From an uncultured Candidatus Saccharibacteria bacterium (GTDB lineage Bacteria; Patescibacteriota; Dojkabacteria; SC72), in the NCBI GenBank assembly GCA_964621195.1, contig CAZULJ010000002.1, positions 19,665-83,664 on the forward strand: DNA of 64,000 bases. The letters run 5' to 3'. A program made the position numbers and the translations under genes. Numbering within the stretch: position 1 is the first letter of the stretch; every line of letters begins with the position of its first letter. The notes under the pieces are model-generated. The model had not been told where the DNA came from and made no database searches. It worked only from the letters and a program-made list of their open reading frames with translations. Below, in pieces: positions 20,714 through 30,121 of this stretch.

Positions 20714-21736
20714 ATGAAAATAAAACCTTCACATTTATATTGGCAAATCCCTGTAATATTCATAGGAGTAGCTTCTTTCCTTTACCTACTCTTTTCAATG
20801 TTGCCAGAATATACAATACTCAGAAATGTCTTCCCTACTAAAGAGAAGAATACTATCAGTGAAGAAACAGAAACTGAGACAGAAACAGAAACATCGAATA
20901 ATGTTGAAGAAGAGAACGAAGAAGAGCAAGCGGAAGATACAGAAGGGATAGAAAAATATGAAAGTTTCCAACAATATTTAGTAAAAGAATCAAATTCTAT
21001 AGCAAATATTTATTACGACCTTATTTTAGATACGAAGAAAAAAGAGTTTAATTTGGAGATAGAAATCTTTGCTAATCTTACAGAGGAGAAATTATCTTTC
21101 TCAGGATCTTATGATATTGATGAAGAAGAGAATATTATGTCTCTATCTTTGCCCGTCAATTTATGGAAAAGCGAATACAAAATAATAGGGGATGAAAACA
21201 AAAGACTAGAGGTATTAATCTCAGAACCTAATAGAGATTATCCTGTAGGTCCTTATGCATCATTTCTAGAAGATATTCTTCCTAAATCTGGCCTAACCTT
21301 TATTTCTCGACAAAGGAATGAAGTTGAAAGCTGTGATAAAGAATTTCCTGAGGATGGTATACCCTATGATGCTGCCTATGATCAAGGCTATTTCAATACT
21401 AAACAAATTAAAGATGAGTCCTCAGATGTCATGTGTTATAGAGGTGGTACTGTGATCCTTGTTGTTAAGAACCAAACTTTTGTATTTATGTATAACCTCG
21501 ATTGTAAATCTTGTACAAGCTATTTCTATGGAACATACAATATTGTAAACAACAAAGTTGTTGTTTCATATGATAAGAAGAAATATGGGAACTTAGGCAA
21601 TATACAATTCGATATTGTAAAATTCACGGAACCATTCGGAAATATGGAAGTATCATATCTTCGATATTCTGGAGATACAGTACCTTCCATTGATCTATCA
21701 AAGGGTGATATCTTTCCAACAATGCGACCGGATTAA
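20714..21736 (+). CDS. Hypothetical membrane-anchored protein with acidic linker
   Basis: N-terminal TM, ETETETET/Glu-rich linker. Start moved to ATG 20714 because 20657 lies inside the terminator. Confidence 0.65.
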   Translation: MKIKPSHLYWQIPVIFIGVASFLYLLFSMLPEYTILRNVFPTKEKNTISEETETETETETSNNVEEENEEEQAEDTEGIEKYESFQQYLVKESNSIANIYYDLILDTKKKEFNLEIEIFANLTEEKLSFSGSYDIDEEENIMSLSLPVNLWKSEYKIIGDENKRLEVLISEPNRDYPVGPYASFLEDILPKSGLTFISRQRNEVESCDKEFPEDGIPYDAAYDQGYFNTKQIKDESSDVMCYRGGTVILVVKNQTFVFMYNLDCKSCTSYFYGTYNIVNNKVVVSYDKKKYGNLGNIQFDIVKFTEPFGNMEVSYLRYSGDTVPSIDLSKGDIFPTMRPD

Positions 21737-21802
21737 ACATCATTGTGTATTCTAAAATAGAAAGTGATAATATATTAATATATAACTTGTGAATCTTTTA
21801 AA

Positions 21803-22657
21803 ATGAAAAAAACTCTCTTTTGGATTTTACTTTCTGTGGGAATATTAGGAGCTTTTGTTGTACCTCTTCTCTTCTTTGTTAACAACAAGACCGAAACTCA
21901 AGATGAAATAGGTGGGTATATGCCTGCACCATATGAATCTTCTGACTATTCAAGAGCAACAGACTCATATCAAGAATCTCCTACATACAACAATTCTGAG
22001 GGATCTAAAATACAAAAAAGAGGGAGTATAAATATACTAGTGAACAGTATTGACGATATGGTGAGTACTCTTTCTCCAATAACTTCTAAGTACGAAGGAG
22101 AGGTAACAGATATATACGATTCTGGAAGAGGTAATGACAGAGTACTAACACTGACGATAAAAGTACCTGTTGATAATTTTGAAACATATTACAGTGAATT
22201 AAGAAAATTGGATGGTGAGGTAACATATGCAAATATTGGTACAACAGATCTTACTGAACAGTATATTGATATTACATCTAGATTAGAGAACCTTAGAGAG
22301 GTTGAGGCACAAATAATCGAGATTCTAGATAAAGCAAATACCGTTACAGATATACTTGCAGTTCAAAAAGAACTAAATAATGTTAGGGGAGAAATTGAAA
22401 GCTATGAAGCACAAAAGAGATATTTTGATAGCCAAACCGACTATTCATATCTTTCTTTAACATTGAGTATAGATAAGGAAGGATTAAATATCTCTGATGA
22501 ACCATGGAAGCCATTGGGAGAGTTTAGAGCTGCATTAAATGCTTTAGTTTCTGTACTAAAAACTTTAGTAAATTCTACAATCTGGATATTAGTATTCTCC
22601 CCTGTAGTACTAATACCTTTTGGGATAGTGTTAGTAATTAATAAAAGGAAGAAATAG
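21803..22657 (+). CDS. DUF4349-family membrane protein
   Basis: Signal/TM, LTIKVP, DLTEQYIDITSRLENL coiled coil, C-terminal TM. Confidence 0.8.
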   Translation: MKKTLFWILLSVGILGAFVVPLLFFVNNKTETQDEIGGYMPAPYESSDYSRATDSYQESPTYNNSEGSKIQKRGSINILVNSIDDMVSTLSPITSKYEGEVTDIYDSGRGNDRVLTLTIKVPVDNFETYYSELRKLDGEVTYANIGTTDLTEQYIDITSRLENLREVEAQIIEILDKANTVTDILAVQKELNNVRGEIESYEAQKRYFDSQTDYSYLSLTLSIDKEGLNISDEPWKPLGEFRAALNALVSVLKTLVNSTIWILVFSPVVLIPFGIVLVINKRKK

Positions 22658-22699
22658 GATGATTGTATGAGTGCCGTGGGGGTGATATAATACTCATGT

Positions 22700-22978
22700 A
22701 TGGCAAAATATACTGATAGAATACAAGTGAATGTATCTAATGTCCTTAGGGATAGAGTAATTTCCGAGGCAAAAAGGATGGGAATAACTGTTCCTGAATA
22801 TATTAGGTATGCCCTATTGAATGAGTTGGAAAGTAGTATCGAAGTTGATGAAATAGATAGAGCATTACTAAAAGATTTGCCAGAAGCAATAGAGGATGTT
22901 ACGAGTGGCAGAGTTCTTGAGGCTAGGACTCCTGAAGAAGCAATAGCAATTATGCATAGCTTCGATGAAGATGTTTAA
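22700..22978 (+). CDS. Putative antitoxin (ribbon-helix-helix)
   Basis: RIQVNVS..EAKRMGITVPEYIRYAL plus an acidic C-terminus; overlaps the downstream toxin. Confidence 0.7.
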   Translation: MAKYTDRIQVNVSNVLRDRVISEAKRMGITVPEYIRYALLNELESSIEVDEIDRALLKDLPEAIEDVTSGRVLEARTPEEAIAIMHSFDEDV

Positions 22979-23255
22979 GGTAGAACTCTCTCAAAGCTTT
23001 CTTAAGAAGCGTGCTAAATTAGTAAAGGGGAATCCTTCTCTTGCGGTTAGATATGAGAAATTCTTCCGTAGTTTTATGCTAGATCCTTATTATCCGAGTT
23101 TAAAGACGCATAAGGTGGAGATAACCAACTTCGGTCTAGTATATAGCTCTAGGGTCACTGGCGATATTCGTATTCTTTGGAAGAGTATCGGAAATAATTC
23201 CATTATTATACTTACTACTGGTGGACATGAGGGGAAATCTTCTGTTTACAAGTAG
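22965..23255 (+). CDS. RelE/YafQ-like toxin
   Basis: Basic 96 aa: FLKKRAKL, DPYYPSLKTHKV, SRVTGDIRILW, GGHE. Confidence 0.75.
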   Translation: MKMFKVELSQSFLKKRAKLVKGNPSLAVRYEKFFRSFMLDPYYPSLKTHKVEITNFGLVYSSRVTGDIRILWKSIGNNSIIILTTGGHEGKSSVYK

Positions 23256-23273
23256 TATCTAGTATAATATATA

Positions 23274-23570
23274 GCGTAAGTATCATATACGATCGCGCTA
23301 ATTAATAATTAGTGAGGAAAGTCCGGACTCCATGTTGTCTCACATAAGAGATGGGTGCCAACGAAAGTTGGGAGGGAGTGATCTTTCGGAGAAAAGGGCA
23401 GCAGAGAGATATACCGCCTAAGTTTCTTAGGTAAGGGTGAAATGGTGGTGTAAGAGACCACCGGGTATTACAGTAATGTAATATCGCGTGGTAACCCCCC
23501 CTGGAGCAAGGCTTAGCCGCATAGATAGATGATCGTTTAATACAGAATCCGGCTTACTTGATACTTACGC
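23274..23570 (+). ncRNA. rnpB: RNase P RNA
   Basis: GAGGAAAGTCCGGACTCC and ACAGAATCCGGCTTA (P4 signature), GGTAAGGGTGAAA...GGTGTAAGAG; P1 GCGTAAGTATCA pairs with TGATACTTACGC. Confidence 0.95.
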
Positions 23571-23595
23571 ATTAAAATACAGGACACTAGAAAAC

Positions 23596-23904
23596 ATGAG
23601 TATAGAAGATGAGATATCTGAGGATAGTTTCGGAGATGAGGATGATGATTTTGACAAAGAACTAGACCAAGAGGTAATTATGGACTTAGCAATGGACTAC
23701 ATATGGGGGGAGGTAACAGATGATAATCCTTCCAATGAAAACGGTCTTTCAGGTTTAGAACAGGTAATAGCATATGCTTTTGATCTTGGCCAAGATGACA
23801 AGGAAGCAATCAAGAAGTTTAAGTATGGAGTATTCGCCAGAGTTTCAGAACTTAATGGAGGGTGTGATATGAGTGATTCAGAATTTTTCTCCTTGCAGGA
23901 CTAA
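23596..23904 (+). CDS. Acidic hypothetical protein
   Basis: 102-aa Asp/Glu-rich ORF. Confidence 0.55.
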   Translation: MSIEDEISEDSFGDEDDDFDKELDQEVIMDLAMDYIWGEVTDDNPSNENGLSGLEQVIAYAFDLGQDDKEAIKKFKYGVFARVSELNGGCDMSDSEFFSLQD

Positions 23905-24861
23905 TTCTTTTCCAATTCCATTTATAAAATCTTTCTCTTTTATTCTTTTCTTTCCCTCTATTTGTAAATTCTTTATCCTCAAAGACATCTTTCTATCCTT
24001 CGTAGAAACAAGAAATTTCTCATCTCTTACATAAAGAGACCCTGGTTTCAAGTTAGAACCAACATTAACAAGTTCAGCTTCATAAATCTTTAGCATCTTT
24101 CCCTGTAAAGATTTTACAGTACTCTCTTGTACAATAAACCAAGCAATTGGCCAAGGAATCATAGCTCTAACTAACCTTTCGATATACTCTGGTTCCATCT
24201 TATCCCAAATAATCTCTGCATTTTCTTTTGAAATATCCTTTTGCCAACAGTAAGTAGCTTTAGAATCCTCTTGTTTTGTAGGTTTAATATCACCATTAAT
24301 CCATCTCTCTAATACATCCCCCAAAACCTCTGCAGATTTTCTTACCAGCCTTTCTCTTAGAGATAGGTTGGTGTCGTTTTCTAAGATTGGTTCTTTGTAT
24401 ACCTCTAAAACATCACCTTCATCTAGACCTTGCGACATTAGCATGATGGAAATACCTGTTTCTTTCTCTCCATCAAGAATAGCCTTTTGTATAGGGACAG
24501 CACCTCTGTATTTAGGAAGAATAGAGAAATGAACATTAACTGCTTTGTACTTAGGATATTCCAAGAAAAACCCTGGTACTATTTCCCCAAATGCTTTACA
24601 TACAATTAGCTCTGGTTTAAAAATCTCTAAAGCTTCAGAATATTTTTCTTTGTTCTTCTCAGTATGAAATACCTTAATACCATTCTCAAGAGCATACTCT
24701 TTAACTTTAGAAGGGGTTAAGATTTGTTTCCTACCAACCGGCTTATCTGTTGTAGTAATTACTCCTACAATATCAAACCTTTTATCTTTATCTAGAGCCT
24801 TAAGTGTCTCCACTGATTCCCAGTCTGTTCCAAGAAAGAGAGTTTTGATTGATTTTTTCAT
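23878..24861 (-). CDS. fmt: Methionyl-tRNA formyltransferase
   Basis: DKPVGRKQ, NVHFSILPKYRGAVPIQ, LDEGD. Confidence 0.95.
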   Translation of the reverse strand: MKKSIKTLFLGTDWESVETLKALDKDKRFDIVGVITTTDKPVGRKQILTPSKVKEYALENGIKVFHTEKNKEKYSEALEIFKPELIVCKAFGEIVPGFFLEYPKYKAVNVHFSILPKYRGAVPIQKAILDGEKETGISIMLMSQGLDEGDVLEVYKEPILENDTNLSLRERLVRKSAEVLGDVLERWINGDIKPTKQEDSKATYCWQKDISKENAEIIWDKMEPEYIERLVRAMIPWPIAWFIVQESTVKSLQGKMLKIYEAELVNVGSNLKPGSLYVRDEKFLVSTKDRKMSLRIKNLQIEGKKRIKEKDFINGIGKELVLQGEKF

Positions 24862-24925
24862 GGCATAATTTTACTTTAATAGTAAGAAAAATGCCACCAA
24901 ATGTAATATAATAGCGATACGAAGC

Positions 24926-25966
24926 ATGAAGATATCAGAATTTAAATACAACTTACCAGAGGAATTAATTGCAAAATATCCTCCTAAGAAAAGAGGTACA
25001 TCGAACTTGTTAGTACTTGATAAAGAGAGTGGAGAAATCACTCATAGGAAGTACTTTAACATTCCAGAATATGTCCAGAATGGAGATATTGTTGTATTAA
25101 ATGAAACTAAAGTAATAAATAGTAGAACATTTTTTTTGACACCAAAAGGTAAGAGAGTGGAAGTACTCTTCTTAGAAAATATTGGAAATGACATATGGTA
25201 TGTCCTCATCGGTAGAGCTAGAAATGTAGAGATTGGAGATATTTTAAAAAATGAAGAAGGGGAGGAAATACAAATACAGGTTAGAGAGAGGAAAGATAAT
25301 GGTTTTGTAGTTCTTTTTACTGAAGGTTCAAGCCAGGTTCTTTTTGATAAATATGGACATACTCCTCTTCCACCATACATGAAAAGAGAAGACGAGAAAA
25401 GTGATAGGGAGAGGTACAATACTGTTTTCTCAAAGATAGAAGGTGCAGTGGCAGCACCAACTGCGAGTCTTAATCTTACAAATGAAATATTAAATGAAAT
25501 AGAGAAGAAAGGAGCAAATATTGTAAAGGTAGAGTTGAGAGTTGGATGGGGAACCTTCGCACCGATAAGAGAGGAAGAAATTGAGAACCACAAGATACAT
25601 ACTGAGTATATAAATGTATCTCAAGATGTGGCAGAAGCTATTAATAGCAGAAAAGGAAAAGTATGGGCATTTGGAACAACAGTGGCAAGAGCACTTGAAA
25701 GTGTAGCATATGAACAGAATGGAAAATATCTTCTTAAAGAATATTCTGGATATACCTCCCTTTACATATATCCTGGATATAAATGGAAAATTGTAGATAA
25801 TCTTGTTACTAATTTCCATATGCCAGATTCTTCTCTAATTCTTCTGGTTAGTTCTTTTGCAGGTAAGGATAATATACAAAGGGCATATGTAGAGGCAATA
25901 AGTAGAAAGTACAAATTCCTTAGCTATGGAGATAGTATGTTAATAGGAGGTAATTTTAGTAAATAA
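24926..25966 (+). CDS. queA: S-adenosylmethionine:tRNA ribosyltransferase-isomerase
   Basis: YNLPEELIAKYP, PLPPYM, GAVAAPTA, GTTVARALE, TNFH, FLSYGD. Confidence 0.95.
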   Translation: MKISEFKYNLPEELIAKYPPKKRGTSNLLVLDKESGEITHRKYFNIPEYVQNGDIVVLNETKVINSRTFFLTPKGKRVEVLFLENIGNDIWYVLIGRARNVEIGDILKNEEGEEIQIQVRERKDNGFVVLFTEGSSQVLFDKYGHTPLPPYMKREDEKSDRERYNTVFSKIEGAVAAPTASLNLTNEILNEIEKKGANIVKVELRVGWGTFAPIREEEIENHKIHTEYINVSQDVAEAINSRKGKVWAFGTTVARALESVAYEQNGKYLLKEYSGYTSLYIYPGYKWKIVDNLVTNFHMPDSSLILLVSSFAGKDNIQRAYVEAISRKYKFLSYGDSMLIGGNFSK

Positions 25967-25967
25967 A

Positions 25968-27023
25968 GTGATGAATTTAGATATTCTGAAAGAAAAATAT
26001 TTCTTTATGCCAGATGCTACTAGAGGGGCAGTAAGATATTTAACTACAAAACAGCTAAAGGAAACGAATACAGAAGCTATTGTTACCAATACTCTCCATT
26101 TATTGATTCATCCAGGACCTGATGTAATACAGGAATTGGGAGGCATAAAGAAGATGATGGGATGGGATGGGATTGTCTTTACTGACTCTGGTGGTTTCCA
26201 AGTATTTTCGCTAATTCACTCTAAGAAATGGAAAGGTAAAGTACATGAAAATGGTGCTACTTTTAAATCCCCAAGGGAGGGGAATGTATATGAATTAACT
26301 CCTGAGAGTTCAATAGATATTCAAATGAAAATAGGGAGTGATGTTTTAGTTTGTTTGGATGATTGTAGGAAGACGGATTTAAATAGAGATGAAGCAGAGC
26401 AATCTGTAGAGAGGACGATAAAGTGGGCCAAAAGATGTAAAAATCACTTTGAAAAGGAATATGGTGGAACAGTAAGAACAGGAAAACTCCTGACATGTGT
26501 TGTACAGGGAGCGAACTTTCCTGACTTGAGAGAAAAATGCGCGAAAGCATTAGTAGAAATAGGGTTTGATGGCTACAACTTTGGAGGGTTTGTAGTCGAT
26601 AGTGAAGGAAAGCTAGTGGAGGATGAGATGTCTGCTGTAATAGAGAATGTTCCAAAAGATACCATTAGGTATGCAATGGGTGTAGGAAAACCAGAAGATA
26701 TTCTTAAGGCAGCTAAAATAGGTTTTAATCTCTTTGATACAGTATTAGTTACTCGTAATGCAAGACATGGAACACTGTATACATCTGAAGGTGAATTAAG
26801 GATTGGAAATGGTGAAATGGCTTTAGATAAAAGACCAGTAGATCCTAATTGTCATTGTGAATGTTGTTCAAATTATTCAAGAGCATATATTCATCATATG
26901 ATGAAAAATAGTGAGGCAACTGCATTGACTTTGGCAACGATACACAATCTCACACACTATCAGTCTTTAATTGAAAATTTGAATAAAAACATTGCTTCGT
27001 CCCCATTTTTTCTGTACACTTAA
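25968..27023 (+). CDS. tgt: tRNA-guanine transglycosylase
   Basis: TDSGGFQVFSL, VVQGA, MGVG, FDTV..TRNARHG, CHCECC zinc site. Confidence 0.93.
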   Translation: MMNLDILKEKYFFMPDATRGAVRYLTTKQLKETNTEAIVTNTLHLLIHPGPDVIQELGGIKKMMGWDGIVFTDSGGFQVFSLIHSKKWKGKVHENGATFKSPREGNVYELTPESSIDIQMKIGSDVLVCLDDCRKTDLNRDEAEQSVERTIKWAKRCKNHFEKEYGGTVRTGKLLTCVVQGANFPDLREKCAKALVEIGFDGYNFGGFVVDSEGKLVEDEMSAVIENVPKDTIRYAMGVGKPEDILKAAKIGFNLFDTVLVTRNARHGTLYTSEGELRIGNGEMALDKRPVDPNCHCECCSNYSRAYIHHMMKNSEATALTLATIHNLTHYQSLIENLNKNIASSPFFLYT

Positions 27024-27034
27024 TTTAAGTGTAA

Positions 27035-30000
27035 ATGAAAAATACTGCTCTAGTGAGAAAAACAATATGGTTGTTTATTGCCTTGATTGTATCCCTCTTC
27101 TCTTGGGTTTCTCTTGGTCGTGTATTTGCAGCTAACCCTACCCCTGTTCTTGGCTCTGCCGTAGTACTAAATACAGGTAATTACATTTTCTTTACCTCTG
27201 AAATATATGGTGCTAATGTTGTAATCTCAGAACCAGATGCTGGTAATAGCAATATTAGAACTATATCTGGATATGCTTGGTCGCAAGATTTAGGTTGGAT
27301 TAAGTTTTCACAAGGTGAAACTCCTGGAGTATTTGTTGACTACACGACGGGAAATGTTTCCGGCTCTGCCTATGTAATTAATACAGGCAATATATTGGAT
27401 TTCTCAAATTACGGTAGTAATACAGTCGTTGATACTACAACAGGTATATTTTCAGGTTATGTATGGTCGCAAGATATTGGGTGGATAGAGTTTGGAAACA
27501 ATGTCTATGTAGCTGACACTTTGCCACCTACCAATGTTAATACTGTAGCAGGATACACCTCGGATTCAAAAGCGAAAAGTATTACCTCAAGTGAAGTCCT
27601 AGTGTATAACCATACTTTGCCATACTTTGAATGGGAGACTCCAATTGATCCAAGCACACAATCTCATGGTTATCAATCAAGTGGTATTTCTGGATACTAT
27701 GTATATTGGGGACCAAGCTCTACTGCAATACCATCAAGTTCTGGAGTATTCCAAGAGGAAAACTATATAGCACCCTCTGTCTCTGAAAATCAAACTTACT
27801 ATCTTAGAATACAATCAGTTGATAATCACGGGAATATATATACAAATGAAGATCAAGATTACACGTTCTTTGTTTACAAAGCAGACTTACTCAATCCAAC
27901 AAATGTAAAATATATAACTACACCAAGTGGAACATTTAGTAATATAGAGGAGATGTTTTTTAGCTGGCCTAGTGCTGCTAATGTGATCAGTTCTGATGAA
28001 AACGGAATTCTAGGATGGCAGTACAGTCTTAATGGAATAGACAATTGGAAAGGTACACTCACAAGTGAAAGATTTGATTTCGAATACATTCCTTTCGAAG
28101 ATACAACATATATACACTATCTTACTAATGAGAAAGATTCTGCAAATGTAATTATAGGGAACAACATAATCTATTTTAGAAGTATAGATAATGCAGGTAA
28201 TTTCAGTGATTATGTAACAGGAGGGATCTCATACGGAGGTATGGCTCCTCAGTTTCCTACTGAATCAGTAGTGAGTGTATCTCCAGAAACAAATACCTCT
28301 AATGAATTCTCTATAACTTGGCCTAATGCTACTGCACAAGAAGGAAGAACCATACTGCGTTACTACTATATGATTAACACTACACCACCATCGACATACG
28401 AAACTCTCTCTAGTAATAGCTCCCTGTATATCCCAGTAGAAGGCACATCAGTATCTACAAGGATGCTAAGAGGATCTATAAAGGGGGTTAATACAGTATA
28501 CGTTGTTGCGGTTGATAACCAATATGGGTACTCTCAAAGTAATGCGATTACGGGGACATATACTTTGAACAGTACACTGCCAGACCCTATTTTAAACCTT
28601 TCATTGGCAGATACATCTATAAAAAGTGTACAGCTCTGGAGAGCTTCCCTTAACTGGGAAGAACCAGCATATAAAGGAGATGGCGATTTAACATATACAA
28701 TACAAAGAAGCACTGATGGTACGACTTGGGCTACTGTTGGCACTACAAAAGGCCTCTCATATACAGATACTCTACCTGAAAGCAGGCGTTACTATTACCA
28801 GGTAGGAGTCTCAGACTCTACAGATGAAAGTACAAACAATCCTACAATGTCCTCAGTAATTAACTCAATGATACAAGGTCGATATACAGAACCTGCAGAA
28901 ATAGTTTCTAACGTAGTACTTAAAAATATCAGTACAAGACATGCAACAATATATTGGACTACTAACAGAGAATCTGACACCAAAGTTATGTATGGCACCT
29001 CTAGTGGCATGTATTTCAAGGAGGAGGCATATATGTCTGAACAGACCAAAAATCATGAGATAAAGTTGAATAACTTGGAACCAGATACAACATATTACCT
29101 TATTGCAAAATGGACAGATGAAGACGGTAATACTGGTTCTACACAAGAAATATCTTTTAGAACAGACCCAATGCCAAAAGTATTTTCTTCCAAAGTGGAG
29201 AGAGTAGGCCTTGACTATGCAATGGTAACATTCGAGGTGTATGGTGCAACAAAGGCATCTGTTTTGTACGGTAAAAATCTCTCATATACAGATCTAAAAG
29301 AAGTTAATACCTCTGTTACAAGAAGTAAATACTCAGTAATAATCGATGGCTTGCAGGATGGAACAATATATAACTACAAAATACGTTTAACAGATATAGA
29401 AGGATATATTTATGATTCTATAGAAAATCATTCTTTCACAACTCCTCCTAAACCAAATGTTTCAAATGTTCGTATTCAGGAACTAAGGGAAGTTACAAGT
29501 CCTACAGTATTATTTAGTTGGGAATCTAATGCAAAGATAAATTCTATTATCAGATATAGAGAAAATACAGAGGGTTCAGGTGAAATGGATAAAATAGATA
29601 TGGAATATCTCGCAGGTTTACATGAGATGGAAATATCAGGATTAAAATCCGAAACTCAGTACTTAGCATATGTAGAAGGTCTTGATGAGTATGGCAACAA
29701 AGCGATATCAGAACCAATATATTTTACAACTCAAACGGATACTCGTCCTCCAAAGATATTCAATATAAAAGTTGAGGAAGATTTGATGAGTAGAACTGTA
29801 CAAAATGATAGAACCAGAAGTGCACAATTAATACTAACATGGGAAACAGATGAGCCTTCTACAGGTAGGGTCGAATATGGGGAGGGATCCACAGGTATTT
29901 ACTCTTCAAGTTCAAAAATAGACCAAGACTTAAGAACAAAACACTTAGTAATACTTTCTGGTCTTACTCCATCAAAGGTATATAGTTTACAAATAGAATC

Positions 30001-30121
30001 ATCAGATCATTTTGGCAATACGTCAAAATATGGCCCACTAGTATCTGTAACCCCTAAGGCAAGTGCTACAGTTCTTGAAACGGTACTTAATTCAATTTCA
30101 AAAATATTCAGGATATTCTAA
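27035..30121 (+). CDS. Large secreted fibronectin type III repeat protein
   Basis: Signal peptide (VFA), two SGYxWSQDxGWIxF repeats, multiple FN3-like units (LEPDTTYY, LTWETDEPST, LSGLTPSKVY). Confidence 0.8.
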   Translation: MKNTALVRKTIWLFIALIVSLFSWVSLGRVFAANPTPVLGSAVVLNTGNYIFFTSEIYGANVVISEPDAGNSNIRTISGYAWSQDLGWIKFSQGETPGVFVDYTTGNVSGSAYVINTGNILDFSNYGSNTVVDTTTGIFSGYVWSQDIGWIEFGNNVYVADTLPPTNVNTVAGYTSDSKAKSITSSEVLVYNHTLPYFEWETPIDPSTQSHGYQSSGISGYYVYWGPSSTAIPSSSGVFQEENYIAPSVSENQTYYLRIQSVDNHGNIYTNEDQDYTFFVYKADLLNPTNVKYITTPSGTFSNIEEMFFSWPSAANVISSDENGILGWQYSLNGIDNWKGTLTSERFDFEYIPFEDTTYIHYLTNEKDSANVIIGNNIIYFRSIDNAGNFSDYVTGGISYGGMAPQFPTESVVSVSPETNTSNEFSITWPNATAQEGRTILRYYYMINTTPPSTYETLSSNSSLYIPVEGTSVSTRMLRGSIKGVNTVYVVAVDNQYGYSQSNAITGTYTLNSTLPDPILNLSLADTSIKSVQLWRASLNWEEPAYKGDGDLTYTIQRSTDGTTWATVGTTKGLSYTDTLPESRRYYYQVGVSDSTDESTNNPTMSSVINSMIQGRYTEPAEIVSNVVLKNISTRHATIYWTTNRESDTKVMYGTSSGMYFKEEAYMSEQTKNHEIKLNNLEPDTTYYLIAKWTDEDGNTGSTQEISFRTDPMPKVFSSKVERVGLDYAMVTFEVYGATKASVLYGKNLSYTDLKEVNTSVTRSKYSVIIDGLQDGTIYNYKIRLTDIEGYIYDSIENHSFTTPPKPNVSNVRIQELREVTSPTVLFSWESNAKINSIIRYRENTEGSGEMDKIDMEYLAGLHEMEISGLKSETQYLAYVEGLDEYGNKAISEPIYFTTQTDTRPPKIFNIKVEEDLMSRTVQNDRTRSAQLILTWETDEPSTGRVEYGEGSTGIYSSSSKIDQDLRTKHLVILSGLTPSKVYSLQIESSDHFGNTSKYGPLVSVTPKASATVLETVLNSISKIFRIF

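Noticed and set aside
20862-20930. GAAACA/GAGACA short repeats
   Set aside because: They encode an in-frame ETETETET acidic linker; this is not a CRISPR or regulatory array.
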